From positions 338,587-402,586 of the forward strand of contig JBAOIA010000012.1 of NCBI GenBank assembly GCA_037045145.1: a DNA stretch of 64,000 nucleotides, in the 5' to 3' direction. The position numbers and the translations under genes are program-made. The notes below the pieces were generated by a model. It ran no database searches, had not been told where the DNA came from, and saw only the letters and a program-made list of their open reading frames with translations. The first letter of the stretch is position 1; every line of letters starts with the position of its first letter. Origin of the DNA: Bacteroidia bacterium. GTDB taxonomy: Bacteria > Bacteroidota > Bacteroidia > AKYH767-A > OLB10. Positions 51,246-61,412 of the stretch are shown piece by piece.

Positions 51246-51827
51246 TTAACCGTGCACAGTCTCCTTCTTACCAAATTGAGCAATAATCTCTGCCTCAAAT
51301 GCAAGATATTCCTCCCAACGTTTTTCTACATCATCATCTGTTGCATGCTCTCTTGCAAAGTTTATAAATGTTGTGTAGTGATTGGCTTCACTTATCATCA
51401 ACTCCCGATAAAATGCGGCAAGGTCATTGTCTTTTATGTTTTCACTTAGCACTTTGAATCTTTCGCAACTGCGTGCTTCTATCATTGCGGCAAAAAGCAG
51501 ATGGTCAACCATTCGCTGGTTACGGGTTCCTCCTTTGCGCTGAAACTGATAAATACGGTTCACATAATCATCTTTTCTCTCGGGACCCAAAGTCCAGCCA
51601 CGCTGTTCCATTTTCTCAACCACCATTCTGAAATGCTCCATTTCTTCTCTGGCAATATCACATAATACTTTCACCATTTCTGTATATTCCGGAAAACGAA
51701 CAATCAGGGATATGGCATTGCTTGCAGCCTTCTGCTCACACCAGGCATGGTCAGTAAGAATTTCAGGAATATTTGTCTCAACTATATTTACCCATCGTGG
51801 GTCTGTTGGTAATTTAAGTTTAAACAT
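51246..51827 (-). CDS. miaE: tRNA-(ms2io6A)-hydroxylase
   Basis: Ferritin-like di-iron ligands 'CEQKAAS', 'AREEMEHF' and 'MIEARSCERF', at a length of 193 aa. Confidence 0.8.
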   Translation of the reverse strand: MFKLKLPTDPRWVNIVETNIPEILTDHAWCEQKAASNAISLIVRFPEYTEMVKVLCDIAREEMEHFRMVVEKMEQRGWTLGPERKDDYVNRIYQFQRKGGTRNQRMVDHLLFAAMIEARSCERFKVLSENIKDNDLAAFYRELMISEANHYTTFINFAREHATDDDVEKRWEEYLAFEAEIIAQFGKKETVHG

Positions 51828-51832
51828 TTGTA

Positions 51833-53368
51833 CTAATTTTTTCTAAAAATATCATTCTTGTCCACAGGGCGCTTACTTTCCTGCCAGTTAAACCCTTTTA
51901 ACATCAGCTCTGAGGCTGCAAGTTCGCCAATTGGATAAAATGTTGCATCAGGTTTTTCTATAAGTTTAAGTTTACTGATTTTGCTATCTTTAATTATTAT
52001 AATCATGTTACTACAGTCGGCACGATTGACTCCTGTTAGTTCGTTCTTTTTATTTCTAGCAAAATAAATACTCTGACCATTGCCGAAAACATCAATTTTA
52101 CTCAACATATTGTCTTTAAAATGTCCAACCATGGTTTTTCCTCTAAGTTGATTAAACCGAATGCTGTCTTCTTTAGAGGTAATAAATGCAGACTGATTAA
52201 GAAACAATTTTTGAATACCGGCAGAAGTAATAAGCATTGAAATAGAATCTGCAGTAAGCTGATTGGCTTCATTCCACATCACCGGATTGTGATATAAATT
52301 CAACATGCTGTCTGCAGCAGTGTATATCAGAGAATCACAAGTTGCCTGCAAGTCTTTCTTATACATTCTAACATTGTGGTAAACCGCATAAGAAATTGCT
52401 TTTCCTGTTGAATCAAACAATGATGTAAGACTGTCGCCATGCATATACAAACTGTCTTTTTCAAACATCCTAGTCATCAGTAAATTGCCAGTCATAAAAG
52501 AATTGCCCCTCTTCCCATTATAATATCCATAGTCAGAATTGACAACGATTTTTTCTGTTGTATCCGTAATGCTAACATTTTTAAATGCTTCTCCGGCTGA
52601 GGACTTATTGTCAAAAAACATACTGTCGCCTTTAAGAATTTGATTTTTATTCTGAACAAAAGCATTTTTACTGAAGAAGGCTTTATCGGTCATCGTATTG
52701 TACCACCCGTTCTCACAGTAAATAACGGAACTGTCGTTTGAACGAATATAACATGGGCCATAAAATTCGGCAACCTTATTAACCGTTCCATAAACCAGGG
52801 TGTCGGTTTCCATTCTATATCCGGGATGCTTCAATACAACATCTTTCTTAAATGCTAATTTTTTCTGATTACTAAAGTACGTGCCAAAGCGACTGGTTAA
52901 AGTATCCGCGCCATCAACAATCCGACCGCCATCAACATAATCTGCAATACCTGTATCAAGATTATAGTTGAGGTTTTGTGAAACAAGAGTCATTTTTCTG
53001 TCGCTAAAAATAATGTTGTTGAGTAAACGCGCTTGTCTGCTGTTGCCATTATACTTTAAAATGTCACCAGTTAGACTAATGGTATCGCCTTGTTCAATCC
53101 GCACATTCCCAAAAGCATCCATACTGTTTGTTGCAGCATAGAGATAGGCACTGTCGCAATACATAAATGTGTTTTCTTGCTTAAAAACCACTTCTCCTAA
53201 AAGACGTCTTACATCTTTACCCAAAGCATCATCACCTTCCAAAGTATTGGCATGTACCAATTCTATTTTTGAAGGAGTTTTTTGAGCCTGAGCAATTAAA
53301 ATTACAGAAGCAAAAAGGAATGTGAAAAAATACTTAGTCATGAAGTTGGCAAAAATAAGAGGTTTCAA
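51833..53368 (-). CDS. OstA-like (LptD N-terminal-type) repeat protein, periplasmic
   Basis: Signal peptide and repeated OstA_N-like beta-jellyroll segments ('ELVHANTLEGDD...VVFKQENTFMYCDSAY'). Confidence 0.6.
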   Translation of the reverse strand: MKPLIFANFMTKYFFTFLFASVILIAQAQKTPSKIELVHANTLEGDDALGKDVRRLLGEVVFKQENTFMYCDSAYLYAATNSMDAFGNVRIEQGDTISLTGDILKYNGNSRQARLLNNIIFSDRKMTLVSQNLNYNLDTGIADYVDGGRIVDGADTLTSRFGTYFSNQKKLAFKKDVVLKHPGYRMETDTLVYGTVNKVAEFYGPCYIRSNDSSVIYCENGWYNTMTDKAFFSKNAFVQNKNQILKGDSMFFDNKSSAGEAFKNVSITDTTEKIVVNSDYGYYNGKRGNSFMTGNLLMTRMFEKDSLYMHGDSLTSLFDSTGKAISYAVYHNVRMYKKDLQATCDSLIYTAADSMLNLYHNPVMWNEANQLTADSISMLITSAGIQKLFLNQSAFITSKEDSIRFNQLRGKTMVGHFKDNMLSKIDVFGNGQSIYFARNKKNELTGVNRADCSNMIIIIKDSKISKLKLIEKPDATFYPIGELAASELMLKGFNWQESKRPVDKNDIFRKN

Positions 53369-53625
53369 CTAAACCGGAAGATAGCGATGTTTAACACAAT
53401 AACATCTATTATTTCGTACAAACAACTGTTTTACAAATAAATAACTTCAATTACTTAAACAGAGTTATAACAAACAATTACAATCCAAAGTATTATGTTT
53501 TAAGGACAGTTGCCCTTATTTTGAATAATTAACAAAGTGTTGTTGCTAATTTTTAGTTTGATGAGGTCGTAATACAATCAGGAATAATATTTTTACTGAA
53601 TCAAAAACCATTTAATCAAATAATT

Positions 53626-53961
53626 ATGGATCAGCAATTCGAAAAAATCAAAGCTATTGAATCAAAAATTCAAAAACTAATTGAACTCAATAAAAACCTG
53701 GCAGAAGAAAAAGCCATGTATGAAGATGAAAACCGTCAATTGACAGAGCAGGTTAAAAGCCTTACAGAAAAGATGCGCCACCATGAGCAAAAGATTGATA
53801 TGCAGGGGCAACAGTTGACTCAGTTGGAGGAAACAAATAAATCACTTAATTTAGCCACCAACGAAACAACAGAAACAAAAGAAGAGAATAAATTTTTGAA
53901 ATCAAGAATTGACGAATACGTGCAGGAGATTGACAAGTGTCTTGCATTATTGGATAAGTAA
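53626..53961 (+). CDS. coiled-coil protein (ZapB-like?)
   Basis: 111 aa, entirely heptad-repeat and Glu/Lys/Gln-rich, immediately upstream of zapA. Confidence 0.4.
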   Translation: MDQQFEKIKAIESKIQKLIELNKNLAEEKAMYEDENRQLTEQVKSLTEKMRHHEQKIDMQGQQLTQLEETNKSLNLATNETTETKEENKFLKSRIDEYVQEIDKCLALLDK

Positions 53962-53968
53962 GAATAAA

Positions 53969-54280
53969 ATGGAAACGGTATCCATGCTTATAAATGTCGG
54001 CAACAGACAACTGAACCTAAAGGTTCCTGCAGCCGATCAAGAGAATATCTTAAAAGCTGAAAAGCTTTTAAATGATAAAATTGCTGCATTACGTAAATCT
54101 TATGCAGTTAATGACAATCAGGATATTCTGGCAATGTGTGCATTTAGTATTGCCGGAGAACTCATAAGCCAACAGGCTTCCGGCAAGAAATCAGAAAATA
54201 CTCGTATGGAAAAACTGGAGTCGCTGGATGCATTATTAAACGGTTTTCTGGCGCAGCCGGAGTTGTTTAATAAATACTAA
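53969..54280 (+). CDS. zapA: cell division protein ZapA
   Basis: From the internal ATG: 'METVSMLINVGNRQLNLKVPAADQENILKAEKLLNDKIAALRKSY...ILAMCAFSIAGEL', matching ZapA's beta-hairpin plus coiled-coil layout. The track's upstream extension overlaps the previous gene. Confidence 0.7.
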   Translation: METVSMLINVGNRQLNLKVPAADQENILKAEKLLNDKIAALRKSYAVNDNQDILAMCAFSIAGELISQQASGKKSENTRMEKLESLDALLNGFLAQPELFNKY

Positions 54281-54445
54281 AGAACCATAATCATTGCTGT
54301 GCATTGCTGTGCAGCTTGTTCATTCGGCTTTTTCAAAAACGTTAAACTGAATTCAAATCTTTAGCCTTAAGATTGGTTTCGTGTTTTGCAGAATGAAAGT
54401 TTAACAAAAAATCCCTATGGGGATATAAAATTATTTTATTAAAAA

Positions 54446-56005
54446 ATGGATCCAATAATCATAGGAGTTGGAATAGGTGCGGCATTGATAGCAGCAATTA
54501 TAACCTTCCTCGTAACAAAAAAGAACAATGCTGTAATAGTAGGTGCAGCTCAACAACAGGCGGATACGCTGATAAAGGAAGCAGAAGCTAAAGGTGAGGT
54601 TATTAAAAAAGATAAACTTCTTGAAGCAAAAGAAAAATTTTTCCAGCTAAAATCAGAGCATGAGAAGATGATTGCTGAAAAAGACAAGAAAATTTCTGAC
54701 TCAGAAAACCGTATCAAACAAAAAGAGCGTGAACTGAATCAAAAACTTGAACAAAACTCTCGCAAACATCAGGAGTATGAAGCCTTGCAGAGCAACCTCA
54801 AAGGACAGATGCAGATTGTAGAAGCCCGTAAGCAGGAAGTTGACAAATCACTTCAAAAGCATGTTCAGGCTCTTGAAAAAATTGCAGGCATCAGCCAGGA
54901 TGAAGCCAAAACGCAGTTAATGGAAACACTCAAAGCCGAAGCCCGCACTCATGCACAATCTTATATCAAAGAGATTATGGATGAAGCTAAATTAACTGCC
55001 AATAAAGAAGCAAAACGCATCATCATTCAAAGCATTCAGCGTGTGGCAACAGAGCATGCTGTTGAAAATTCTGTTACTGTTTTCAATCTTGAGAACGATG
55101 ACGTAAAAGGCCGTGTAATTGGTCGCGAAGGAAGAAACATCAGAGCACTTGAAGCTGCAACAGGAATAGAAATTATTGTTGACGATACTCCCGAAGCAAT
55201 TATTCTGAGTGGCTTCGATCCTGTCAGACGCGAGTTAGCACGACTTGCGCTGCATCAGTTGGTGAGTGACGGACGTATTCACCCTGCACGAATTGAAGAA
55301 GTGGTGAATAAAGTACGCAAGCAACTTGAAGAAGAAATTATAGAAACCGGGAAACGCACCTGTATTGACTTAGGAATTCACGGTCTTGCACCTGAATTGA
55401 TTCGCATGGTAGGCAGAATGAAATACCGATCTTCTTATGGTCAAAATTTGTTACAACACTCACGTGAGGTTGCCAACCTTTGTGCCATTATGGCCAGTGA
55501 ATTGGGATTAAATGCCAAGCTTGCCAAACGTGCAGGCCTATTACATGATATAGGAAAAGTGCCTGACGATGAGCCTGAATTACCACATGCAATTCTCGGA
55601 ATGAAACTTGCCGAAAAGAATAAAGAAAATGCTGAAGTATGCAATGCCATTGGTGCTCACCACGATGAAATTGAAATGACAAGCCTTATCAGCCCTATCA
55701 TTCAGGTTTGTGACGCCATATCAGGTGCGCGCCCGGGTGCAAGACGCGAAATAGTTGAGCAATACATCAAACGACTAAAAGACCTCGAAGCACTTGCCCT
55801 CTCCTATCCCGGTGTAGAGAAATCATTTGCCATACAAGCAGGACGTGAATTGCGTGTTATAGTTGAAAGCGAAAAAGTTAGTGACCAGCAAGCCGATACA
55901 CTCAGCTTCGACCTGGCACAAAGAATTCAGACAGAGATGACCTATCCGGGACAAGTAAAAGTTACGGTTATCCGTGAGAAACGTGCGGTAAATTACGCCA
56001 AGTAA
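54446..56005 (+). CDS. rny: ribonuclease Y
   Basis: N-terminal TM, coiled coil, KH domain '[26 protein letters not shown]', and HD domain '[18 protein letters not shown]...AGLLHDIGK'. Confidence 0.95.
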   Translation: MDPIIIGVGIGAALIAAIITFLVTKKNNAVIVGAAQQQADTLIKEAEAKGEVIKKDKLLEAKEKFFQLKSEHEKMIAEKDKKISDSENRIKQKERELNQKLEQNSRKHQEYEALQSNLKGQMQIVEARKQEVDKSLQKHVQALEKIAGISQDEAKTQLMETLKAEARTHAQSYIKEIMDEAKLTANKEAKRIIIQSIQRVATEHAVENSVTVFNLENDDVKGRVIGREGRNIRALEAATGIEIIVDDTPEAIILSGFDPVRRELARLALHQLVSDGRIHPARIEEVVNKVRKQLEEEIIETGKRTCIDLGIHGLAPELIRMVGRMKYRSSYGQNLLQHSREVANLCAIMASELGLNAKLAKRAGLLHDIGKVPDDEPELPHAILGMKLAEKNKENAEVCNAIGAHHDEIEMTSLISPIIQVCDAISGARPGARREIVEQYIKRLKDLEALALSYPGVEKSFAIQAGRELRVIVESEKVSDQQADTLSFDLAQRIQTEMTYPGQVKVTVIREKRAVNYAK

Positions 56006-56024
56006 CAGCCTTCAGGCAGTTCTC

Positions 56025-57021
56025 ATGGCAGCAACTGAACATAAAACATATTACCGTAATCTGGGAACCCTTATAACGGGTAGCGTCATTGCGCAGCTTA
56101 TTAGCGTAGCTTTGGCGCCATTATTTTCAAGGCTTTACACTCCCGAAGATTTTGGTCATTTAGCCACTTTCATGAGTTTACTTACCGGACTATCGGTAAT
56201 CGTTTGTTTGCGATATGATGCAGCCATCGTTCCCAGGGCTTGCAGGTTTTATTTCAATGGGATTGCTTGCAGGCTTTGTTACAGGCGGTGTTGTTGCCTC
56301 CATCATGCTATACTTTAATATTCAAAAGCAGTCTGAACCATTTACGCTTGGCTTTGATTTGACTGCATTAAAAAATGTTGCAAAAAAATACGAAGCTTTT
56401 CCTAAAGTAAATTTATGGCAATCTATTGCCGATATGCTGCTAATTAACGGAGTCATCTATTTTCTGACTGCATTTTTCAGCCCTGCTGTTGTAGGTCTGT
56501 ACGGACTTACCATGAGGGTTTTACAAGCTCCATTTAACCTGATAGGATACAGCATGGGACAGGTTTTTATACAGGATGCAGCACATCAGTATAATGAAGG
56601 AAAAAATATTCAGCCCATTATTAAAAAATCTATTCAACGCACTGCTTTCATAGCTATACCAATTGTGTTACCATTAATTTTAGCAGGGCCACAACTTTTT
56701 GCTTTTGTCTTTGGCGAAAATTGGCGGCAGTCAGGCGAGTATGCTCAAATACTTGCTCCCTGGTTTTTTCTTGACTTTATCAGAACACCATTGGGGCAGA
56801 TTCCTATCATCATGGGCAAGCAAAAACGACAATTCACAATAACAATTGCCGGAAATATTTTGATGGTAATTTCTTTGTTGTTAGGTGGCTTTTATTTTAA
56901 TAATCCATTGCTTGTGGTCACCTTATTTACAGCACTTCAATCGCTATATCTCATTTATGTCATTTATTGGATCTATAGCATTTCTGGTGTAACCTCAGAA
57001 ATCAGGGATGATTCAAGGTAA
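56025..57021 (+). pseudogene. Wzx-type oligosaccharide flippase remnant (frameshift plus probable internal deletion)
   Basis: Frame 1 (56025..56318) carries a Wzx N-terminus ('LYTPEDFGHLATFMSLLTG', compare 'LLTPEDYG' in Bacteroidota Wzx proteins). Frame 2 (56215..57021) carries the C-terminal half ('VGLYGLTMRVLQAPFNLIGYSMGQVF...ILAPWFFLDFIRTPLGQIPIIMGKQK'). Together they cover only about 345 aa against about 480 expected. Confidence 0.5.
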
Positions 57022-57054
57022 TTCTCTACCCCTGCTATAACCTTATTTTTATTT

Positions 57055-58374
57055 TTGCAGTTCAAGACAATGACTGTTACTCCCAATAGCATACCGGCCA
57101 ACAACACGTATCAACTGCTTCAAAAGATTTTATGCTTCTGCCTGGCAATTACATCTTTTATGGCAGTGCCTTACTCTAAAAGTATTGCATTCGACTGGTT
57201 TATTCAACTGCCCGGAAGTTATAAGATTAGTCTTTTTAACTTAGTAGAAATAATAAGTTTCTCAACTGCTTTTTTCATAATCAGGCTTCGGGTTTTAGCA
57301 GGTATTGAAAGAAGAATTCTGATTGCCCTCTTACTAGTAATGGCAACCCGAGTAATTTCTCTGCTCTTTGCAAAACAATATGAATCCATTCAATATTTCA
57401 GCATTCTGAGGTTTGCCGAAGTTTTATTAGGATTAATTATCCTGACCAACCTGTTGCAATCTAAAGCCAACAGAAATATTTTTATTGCTGGATTGGCATG
57501 TGGGTTATTGATTGAATGTTTTCTTGGCTTAAACATGGTCATTCAAACAGGAGGACATCTAAGAGGCATTTTCTTCGGAATACCATCATATCAGATGATG
57601 GTGCTTTTCATTCTGTTTTTATTCTTACTTACAAAATCACAGAATTTAATTATTTTAATATTTGCCATTAATATTTTACTTACCGGAATAATGGCTACAC
57701 AAACACGTGCAGCATTAATCCAATTAGCAGTAGGCATGATTGTAGTTATCATAATTGCCTATAAACAAGGTTTCTTTAAAAGATTTGCTATAACTTTAGT
57801 AGTTGTTACTATTGTTCATAGCATTACACTTTATTCCATGCAATCAGTTATCAGTGCAGCAAAGGAACGATTTGAAGATGCTATCAAAGAAGGAAAAATT
57901 CACTTAGAAGAAGACGAACATTCAGTTGGCGGTGGCACCATTCAATATAGATTGTATTTATGGGATAAAAGTATTGGAGCCTTTCTTAGCCATCCTGTAA
58001 CCGGTATTGGAAGCGGCAGCTTCCCTCGACAGTTAGATTCACTACCTCAAAAATTCGGAGTGCAATTAGAACGTAATGATAAAAATCTACCACTGAGTAC
58101 ACATAATACATTTTTAGGAGTGTTGGCAGAAACAGGAATAGTTGGCATTACAGCATATTTTTTCTGGCTTAGTTGTATAATAATTTTGATTATAAAATAT
58201 TACCGTTCTTCAAGCCATAGGAGTTTTGAAACTGCAGTAGCAATCATGTTAGGAATATTTATTTTTTCAGATTTTTGGTCACAACAGTCTTTTCTTCCCA
58301 ACATGACATATCTGACCGCCTATTTACTTGCTTCATTACGCAGCGAAAATTATAATCCACTACCATCCTCATAA
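57055..58374 (+). CDS. O-antigen ligase / Wzy_C family membrane protein (second copy in the window)
   Basis: TTG start and a polytopic layout. Wzy_C loop 'TQTRAALIQLAVGMIVVII' with a periplasmic 'HPVTGIGSGSFPRQ', and 'THNTFLGVLAETGIVG'. Confidence 0.7.
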   Translation: MQFKTMTVTPNSIPANNTYQLLQKILCFCLAITSFMAVPYSKSIAFDWFIQLPGSYKISLFNLVEIISFSTAFFIIRLRVLAGIERRILIALLLVMATRVISLLFAKQYESIQYFSILRFAEVLLGLIILTNLLQSKANRNIFIAGLACGLLIECFLGLNMVIQTGGHLRGIFFGIPSYQMMVLFILFLFLLTKSQNLIILIFAINILLTGIMATQTRAALIQLAVGMIVVIIIAYKQGFFKRFAITLVVVTIVHSITLYSMQSVISAAKERFEDAIKEGKIHLEEDEHSVGGGTIQYRLYLWDKSIGAFLSHPVTGIGSGSFPRQLDSLPQKFGVQLERNDKNLPLSTHNTFLGVLAETGIVGITAYFFWLSCIIILIIKYYRSSSHRSFETAVAIMLGIFIFSDFWSQQSFLPNMTYLTAYLLASLRSENYNPLPSS

Positions 58375-58377
58375 GCT

Positions 58378-59457
58378 ATGAAGATTTTGCTGCTTGCTAA
58401 TGCAGACTCTATCCACACCAAAAAATGGTGCATAGCACTTGCTGAAAGAGGCTTTGAGATTGCAGTCTTTTCTATGAGCCCGACTGATACTCTTTGGATA
58501 AACGAAAAGAATATAAAACTGTTTGTAAATAATCGCTCCAAAAAAGGTGAACATCATTTATCTAAAATAACCTATCTCGCAGCATTACCTGCTTTAAGTA
58601 AAGTAATCAGACAATTTAAACCCGATATAGTACATGCACATTATGCAACAAGTTATGGATTGCTTGGCTATCTTTCAAAATTTAAACCGTTCTATATTTC
58701 AGTTTGGGGAAGTGACATTATTGATTTTCCACGTAAAAGTTTTTTTCATAAACTGCTCTTGCAAAAAATCCTTAAAAGCTCTGATAAGCTAATGTGTTCA
58801 AGCCAATACCTAAAACGTCAATTAAACGACCTAGTATCTAAAGAAGTTAAAGTTATACCCTTTGGAGTTGACACAAAATTATTCAGACCAACTACTTCTG
58901 ATAAAAGATTTTCAGGTATTACAATTGGAATCATTAAGTCGCTTGAACCGGTTTACAATATTCCTCTTGTAATTGAAGCATTAAATATCCTGAAAAACAA
59001 ATATAAAATTGACAATTGCAAATTACTGATTGTTGGTGGTGGCTCTTTAGAAAGTAAGCTCAAACAACAAGTAAACAATTTAGGTTTAGGTAATGATGTC
59101 ATATTTACCGGAAAGGTAGAACAAAATAAAGTTGTAGAATATCATAATGCCATTGATATCTTTATAAATGTCTCTGTGTATGAAAGCCTGGGCGTTTCTG
59201 TTCTCGAAGCTTCAGCTTGTGAAAAGCCTGTTATTGCAACAAACGTGGGTGGGCTTTGCGAAGTTGTTGAAGATAATAAAACCGGTTTCTTAATTGATGA
59301 GGTAACTCCAGAAAAACTTGCTGAAAAAATATTATTCCTTATCAACCATCCGGAAAAGAGAAACGAGATGGGCGTGAATGGAAGAATCTATGTTATCAAA
59401 TATTTTGAGTGGGAACAAAGCATTAACCAAATGGTAAATGAATACCTCAATAATTAA
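58378..59457 (+). CDS. GT4 glycosyltransferase
   Basis: 'MKILLLANADSIHTKKWCIALAERGFEI', and the C-terminal GT-B domain 'NVSVYESLGVSVLEASACEKPVIATNVGGLCEVV'. Confidence 0.85.
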   Translation: MKILLLANADSIHTKKWCIALAERGFEIAVFSMSPTDTLWINEKNIKLFVNNRSKKGEHHLSKITYLAALPALSKVIRQFKPDIVHAHYATSYGLLGYLSKFKPFYISVWGSDIIDFPRKSFFHKLLLQKILKSSDKLMCSSQYLKRQLNDLVSKEVKVIPFGVDTKLFRPTTSDKRFSGITIGIIKSLEPVYNIPLVIEALNILKNKYKIDNCKLLIVGGGSLESKLKQQVNNLGLGNDVIFTGKVEQNKVVEYHNAIDIFINVSVYESLGVSVLEASACEKPVIATNVGGLCEVVEDNKTGFLIDEVTPEKLAEKILFLINHPEKRNEMGVNGRIYVIKYFEWEQSINQMVNEYLNN

Positions 59458-59459
59458 CT

Positions 59460-60701
59460 TTGCCATCCATGAAATTCACCATCCTTACTCAATATTACCC
59501 TCCTGAGACTGGCGCTCCGCAAAATCGCCTTTCAGACCTTGCGTTACAGTTAAAAAATGAAGGACATGAAATAACCGTTCTTACAGCAATGCCTAATTAT
59601 CCGCAGAATCAAATTCACGCCAACTATAAAGGCCAGTATTTTATTTCAGAGAGCATTAATGAAATTGTAATTCTCAGAAGTTGGATATATGTCGGCAAAA
59701 GCCGCTCTGTTATTCCGCGACTGTTTAATTATTTTTCGTTTGTGATTTCTTCGTTCATCTGGGGCATTTTAAAACTTAAAAAACAGGATATCATCATTTG
59801 TGAAAGTCCTCCTTTGTTTTTAGGACTAACAGGGTGGCTCCTCTCCAGAATAAAAAGATCAAAATTTATTTTTAACATCTCCGATCTCTGGCCTGAGTCA
59901 GCCGAAAAACTTGGTGTCATTACCAATAAATCTCTTTTGAAGATGGCTGAGCGTCTTGAACTTTTTCTTTATAGAAAATCTTTTCTGATTACCGGACAAA
60001 CACAGGGTATCATTCAAAACATTAAAGAGCGAACACATTTAGAGAACCTGCATTGGCTACCCAATGGAATTTCTGATGATGTGGTTAATTTAAATCTCAA
60101 CAAGGGCGAATGTCGCAAGAATTTCAATCTTTCAGATGATAGTTTTATTTTTAGCTATACAGGCGTGATGGGCCATGCACAAGGATTGGAAATTATCATT
60201 CATGCAGCAGAAAAATTTATTTCCAAAAATGTAATTATAATCTTTTGTGGTGATGGTCCTGAGTTGGAAAGTTTGAAAACATTAGCAGATAAATCTGGTT
60301 TAAATAATTTTATTTTTACCGGTGCAGTTGACAAAAAAGTCGCACTACAAGTAGTTGCTGCCTCCGATGCTGCAATTATTCCTCTCAAACGTCTTGATCT
60401 TTTTAAAGGCGCTATTCCATCTAAAATTTTCGAAAACTGTGCACTCGGGAAACCTATTTTATTAGGCGTTGATGGCGAAGCAAGAGAGTTATTTATCAAT
60501 CAGGCGAATGCAGGAATTTATTTTGAGCCGGAAAATGTAAATGAACTGTCTTCTGCCATGGAAAACCTTTATGAAAACAAAACACTATGCACAACATTAG
60601 GGAAAAACGGAAAACAATTTGTGTTAAGCAAATTTTCAAGAAAACAGATTGCAGTTGATTTTTTAGAGGTCCTGAAAAAAAAACAATCCGCTGAATTATA
60701 A
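59460..60701 (+). CDS. GT4 glycosyltransferase (WcaI-like)
   Basis: 'KFTILTQYYPPETGAPQNRLSDLA...GHEITVLTAMPNYP', and the C-terminal 'GAIPSKIFENCALGKPILLGVDGEAREL'. Confidence 0.85.
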   Translation: MPSMKFTILTQYYPPETGAPQNRLSDLALQLKNEGHEITVLTAMPNYPQNQIHANYKGQYFISESINEIVILRSWIYVGKSRSVIPRLFNYFSFVISSFIWGILKLKKQDIIICESPPLFLGLTGWLLSRIKRSKFIFNISDLWPESAEKLGVITNKSLLKMAERLELFLYRKSFLITGQTQGIIQNIKERTHLENLHWLPNGISDDVVNLNLNKGECRKNFNLSDDSFIFSYTGVMGHAQGLEIIIHAAEKFISKNVIIIFCGDGPELESLKTLADKSGLNNFIFTGAVDKKVALQVVAASDAAIIPLKRLDLFKGAIPSKIFENCALGKPILLGVDGEARELFINQANAGIYFEPENVNELSSAMENLYENKTLCTTLGKNGKQFVLSKFSRKQIAVDFLEVLKKKQSAEL

Positions 60702-60958
60702 CTAAAAGTGTTTTTCACATAGAAATATGACCTACACTGCTTTGAAGATGCTTCTCATAAAATAATTTATCTCTTAAAAAATACTCAATTTTGAGTATAA
60801 TCATAGTAATTGTCAGATTCTTAAATTAACTATTTTTAGAGGTAAAATCAGCCAAAAATACTTTTACCAAATAAAACACGCCATTCACCAAAAAGTATTT
60901 TGTATAATTGATGAAACTTTATTTCTTTGTTTTCGTTGAAATTTATTCAACATTACTA

Positions 60959-61029
60959 GGTCGAGTGGCCGAGAGTATAGGCAAAAGTCCGCAAGACTTT
61001 TTACAGTAGTTCAAATCTACTCTCGACCT
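60959..61029 (+). tRNA. tRNA-like gene, candidate tRNA-Cys(GCA), noncanonical (C33, no G18G19)
   Basis: Seen directly: a 7-bp acceptor stem GGTCGAG/CTCGACC, U8, D-stem GCC/GGC, a 5-bp anticodon stem AAAGT/ACTTT with loop CCGCAAG, a 4-nt variable loop, a T-arm AGTAG-TTCAAAT-CTACT (G53, T54-T55-C56, A58, C61 all canonical), and a discriminator. No CCA is encoded. The D-loop 'GAGAGTATA' lacks GG, and position 33 is C. Confidence 0.45.
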
Positions 61030-61035
61030 CAAAAA

Positions 61036-61063
61036 AGCCGTCAGTTTACTGATGGCTTTTTTT
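61036..61063. terminator. bidirectional rho-independent terminator (serves the tRNA-like gene on + and the SUI1 gene on -)
   Basis: Hairpin 'gccgtcagt..actgatggc' flanked by an A-run upstream and a T7 run downstream. Confidence 0.65.
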
Positions 61064-61066
61064 ATA

Positions 61067-61411
61067 CTATCCTCCTGCTTTTTTTACCTTGTATCCTGCG
61101 GCTAATAATAAATCAAAAACTTTTTCTCTTTGATCTCCCTGTATAATAATTTCACCATCTTTAAAAGTTCCTCCTGTACCACATTTTGTTTTTAACATCT
61201 TTGTGAGTTTTTCAATATCTTCCTCTTTTCCTACAAATCCTTTTATCAGTGTCACAGTTTTTCCGCCACGTTGCTTACTGTCTCTCATAACTCTTAAATC
61301 CTGCTGTGCCGGTGCCGGTGTAACAGATTCAATGTTGTTATTGTTGTTGAATTTAAAATCAGGATTGGTGCTGTAAACAATTCCTGAGCTTTCGTTTTTC
61401 TTCTTTGACAT
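61067..61411 (-). CDS. SUI1/eIF1-family translation initiation factor (YciH-like)
   Basis: 'RGGKTVTLIKGF...LKTKCGTGGTFKDGEIIIQGDQREKV', the SUI1 fold signature. Confidence 0.85.
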   Translation of the reverse strand: MSKKKNESSGIVYSTNPDFKFNNNNNIESVTPAPAQQDLRVMRDSKQRGGKTVTLIKGFVGKEEDIEKLTKMLKTKCGTGGTFKDGEIIIQGDQREKVFDLLLAAGYKVKKAGG

Positions 61412-61412
61412 T

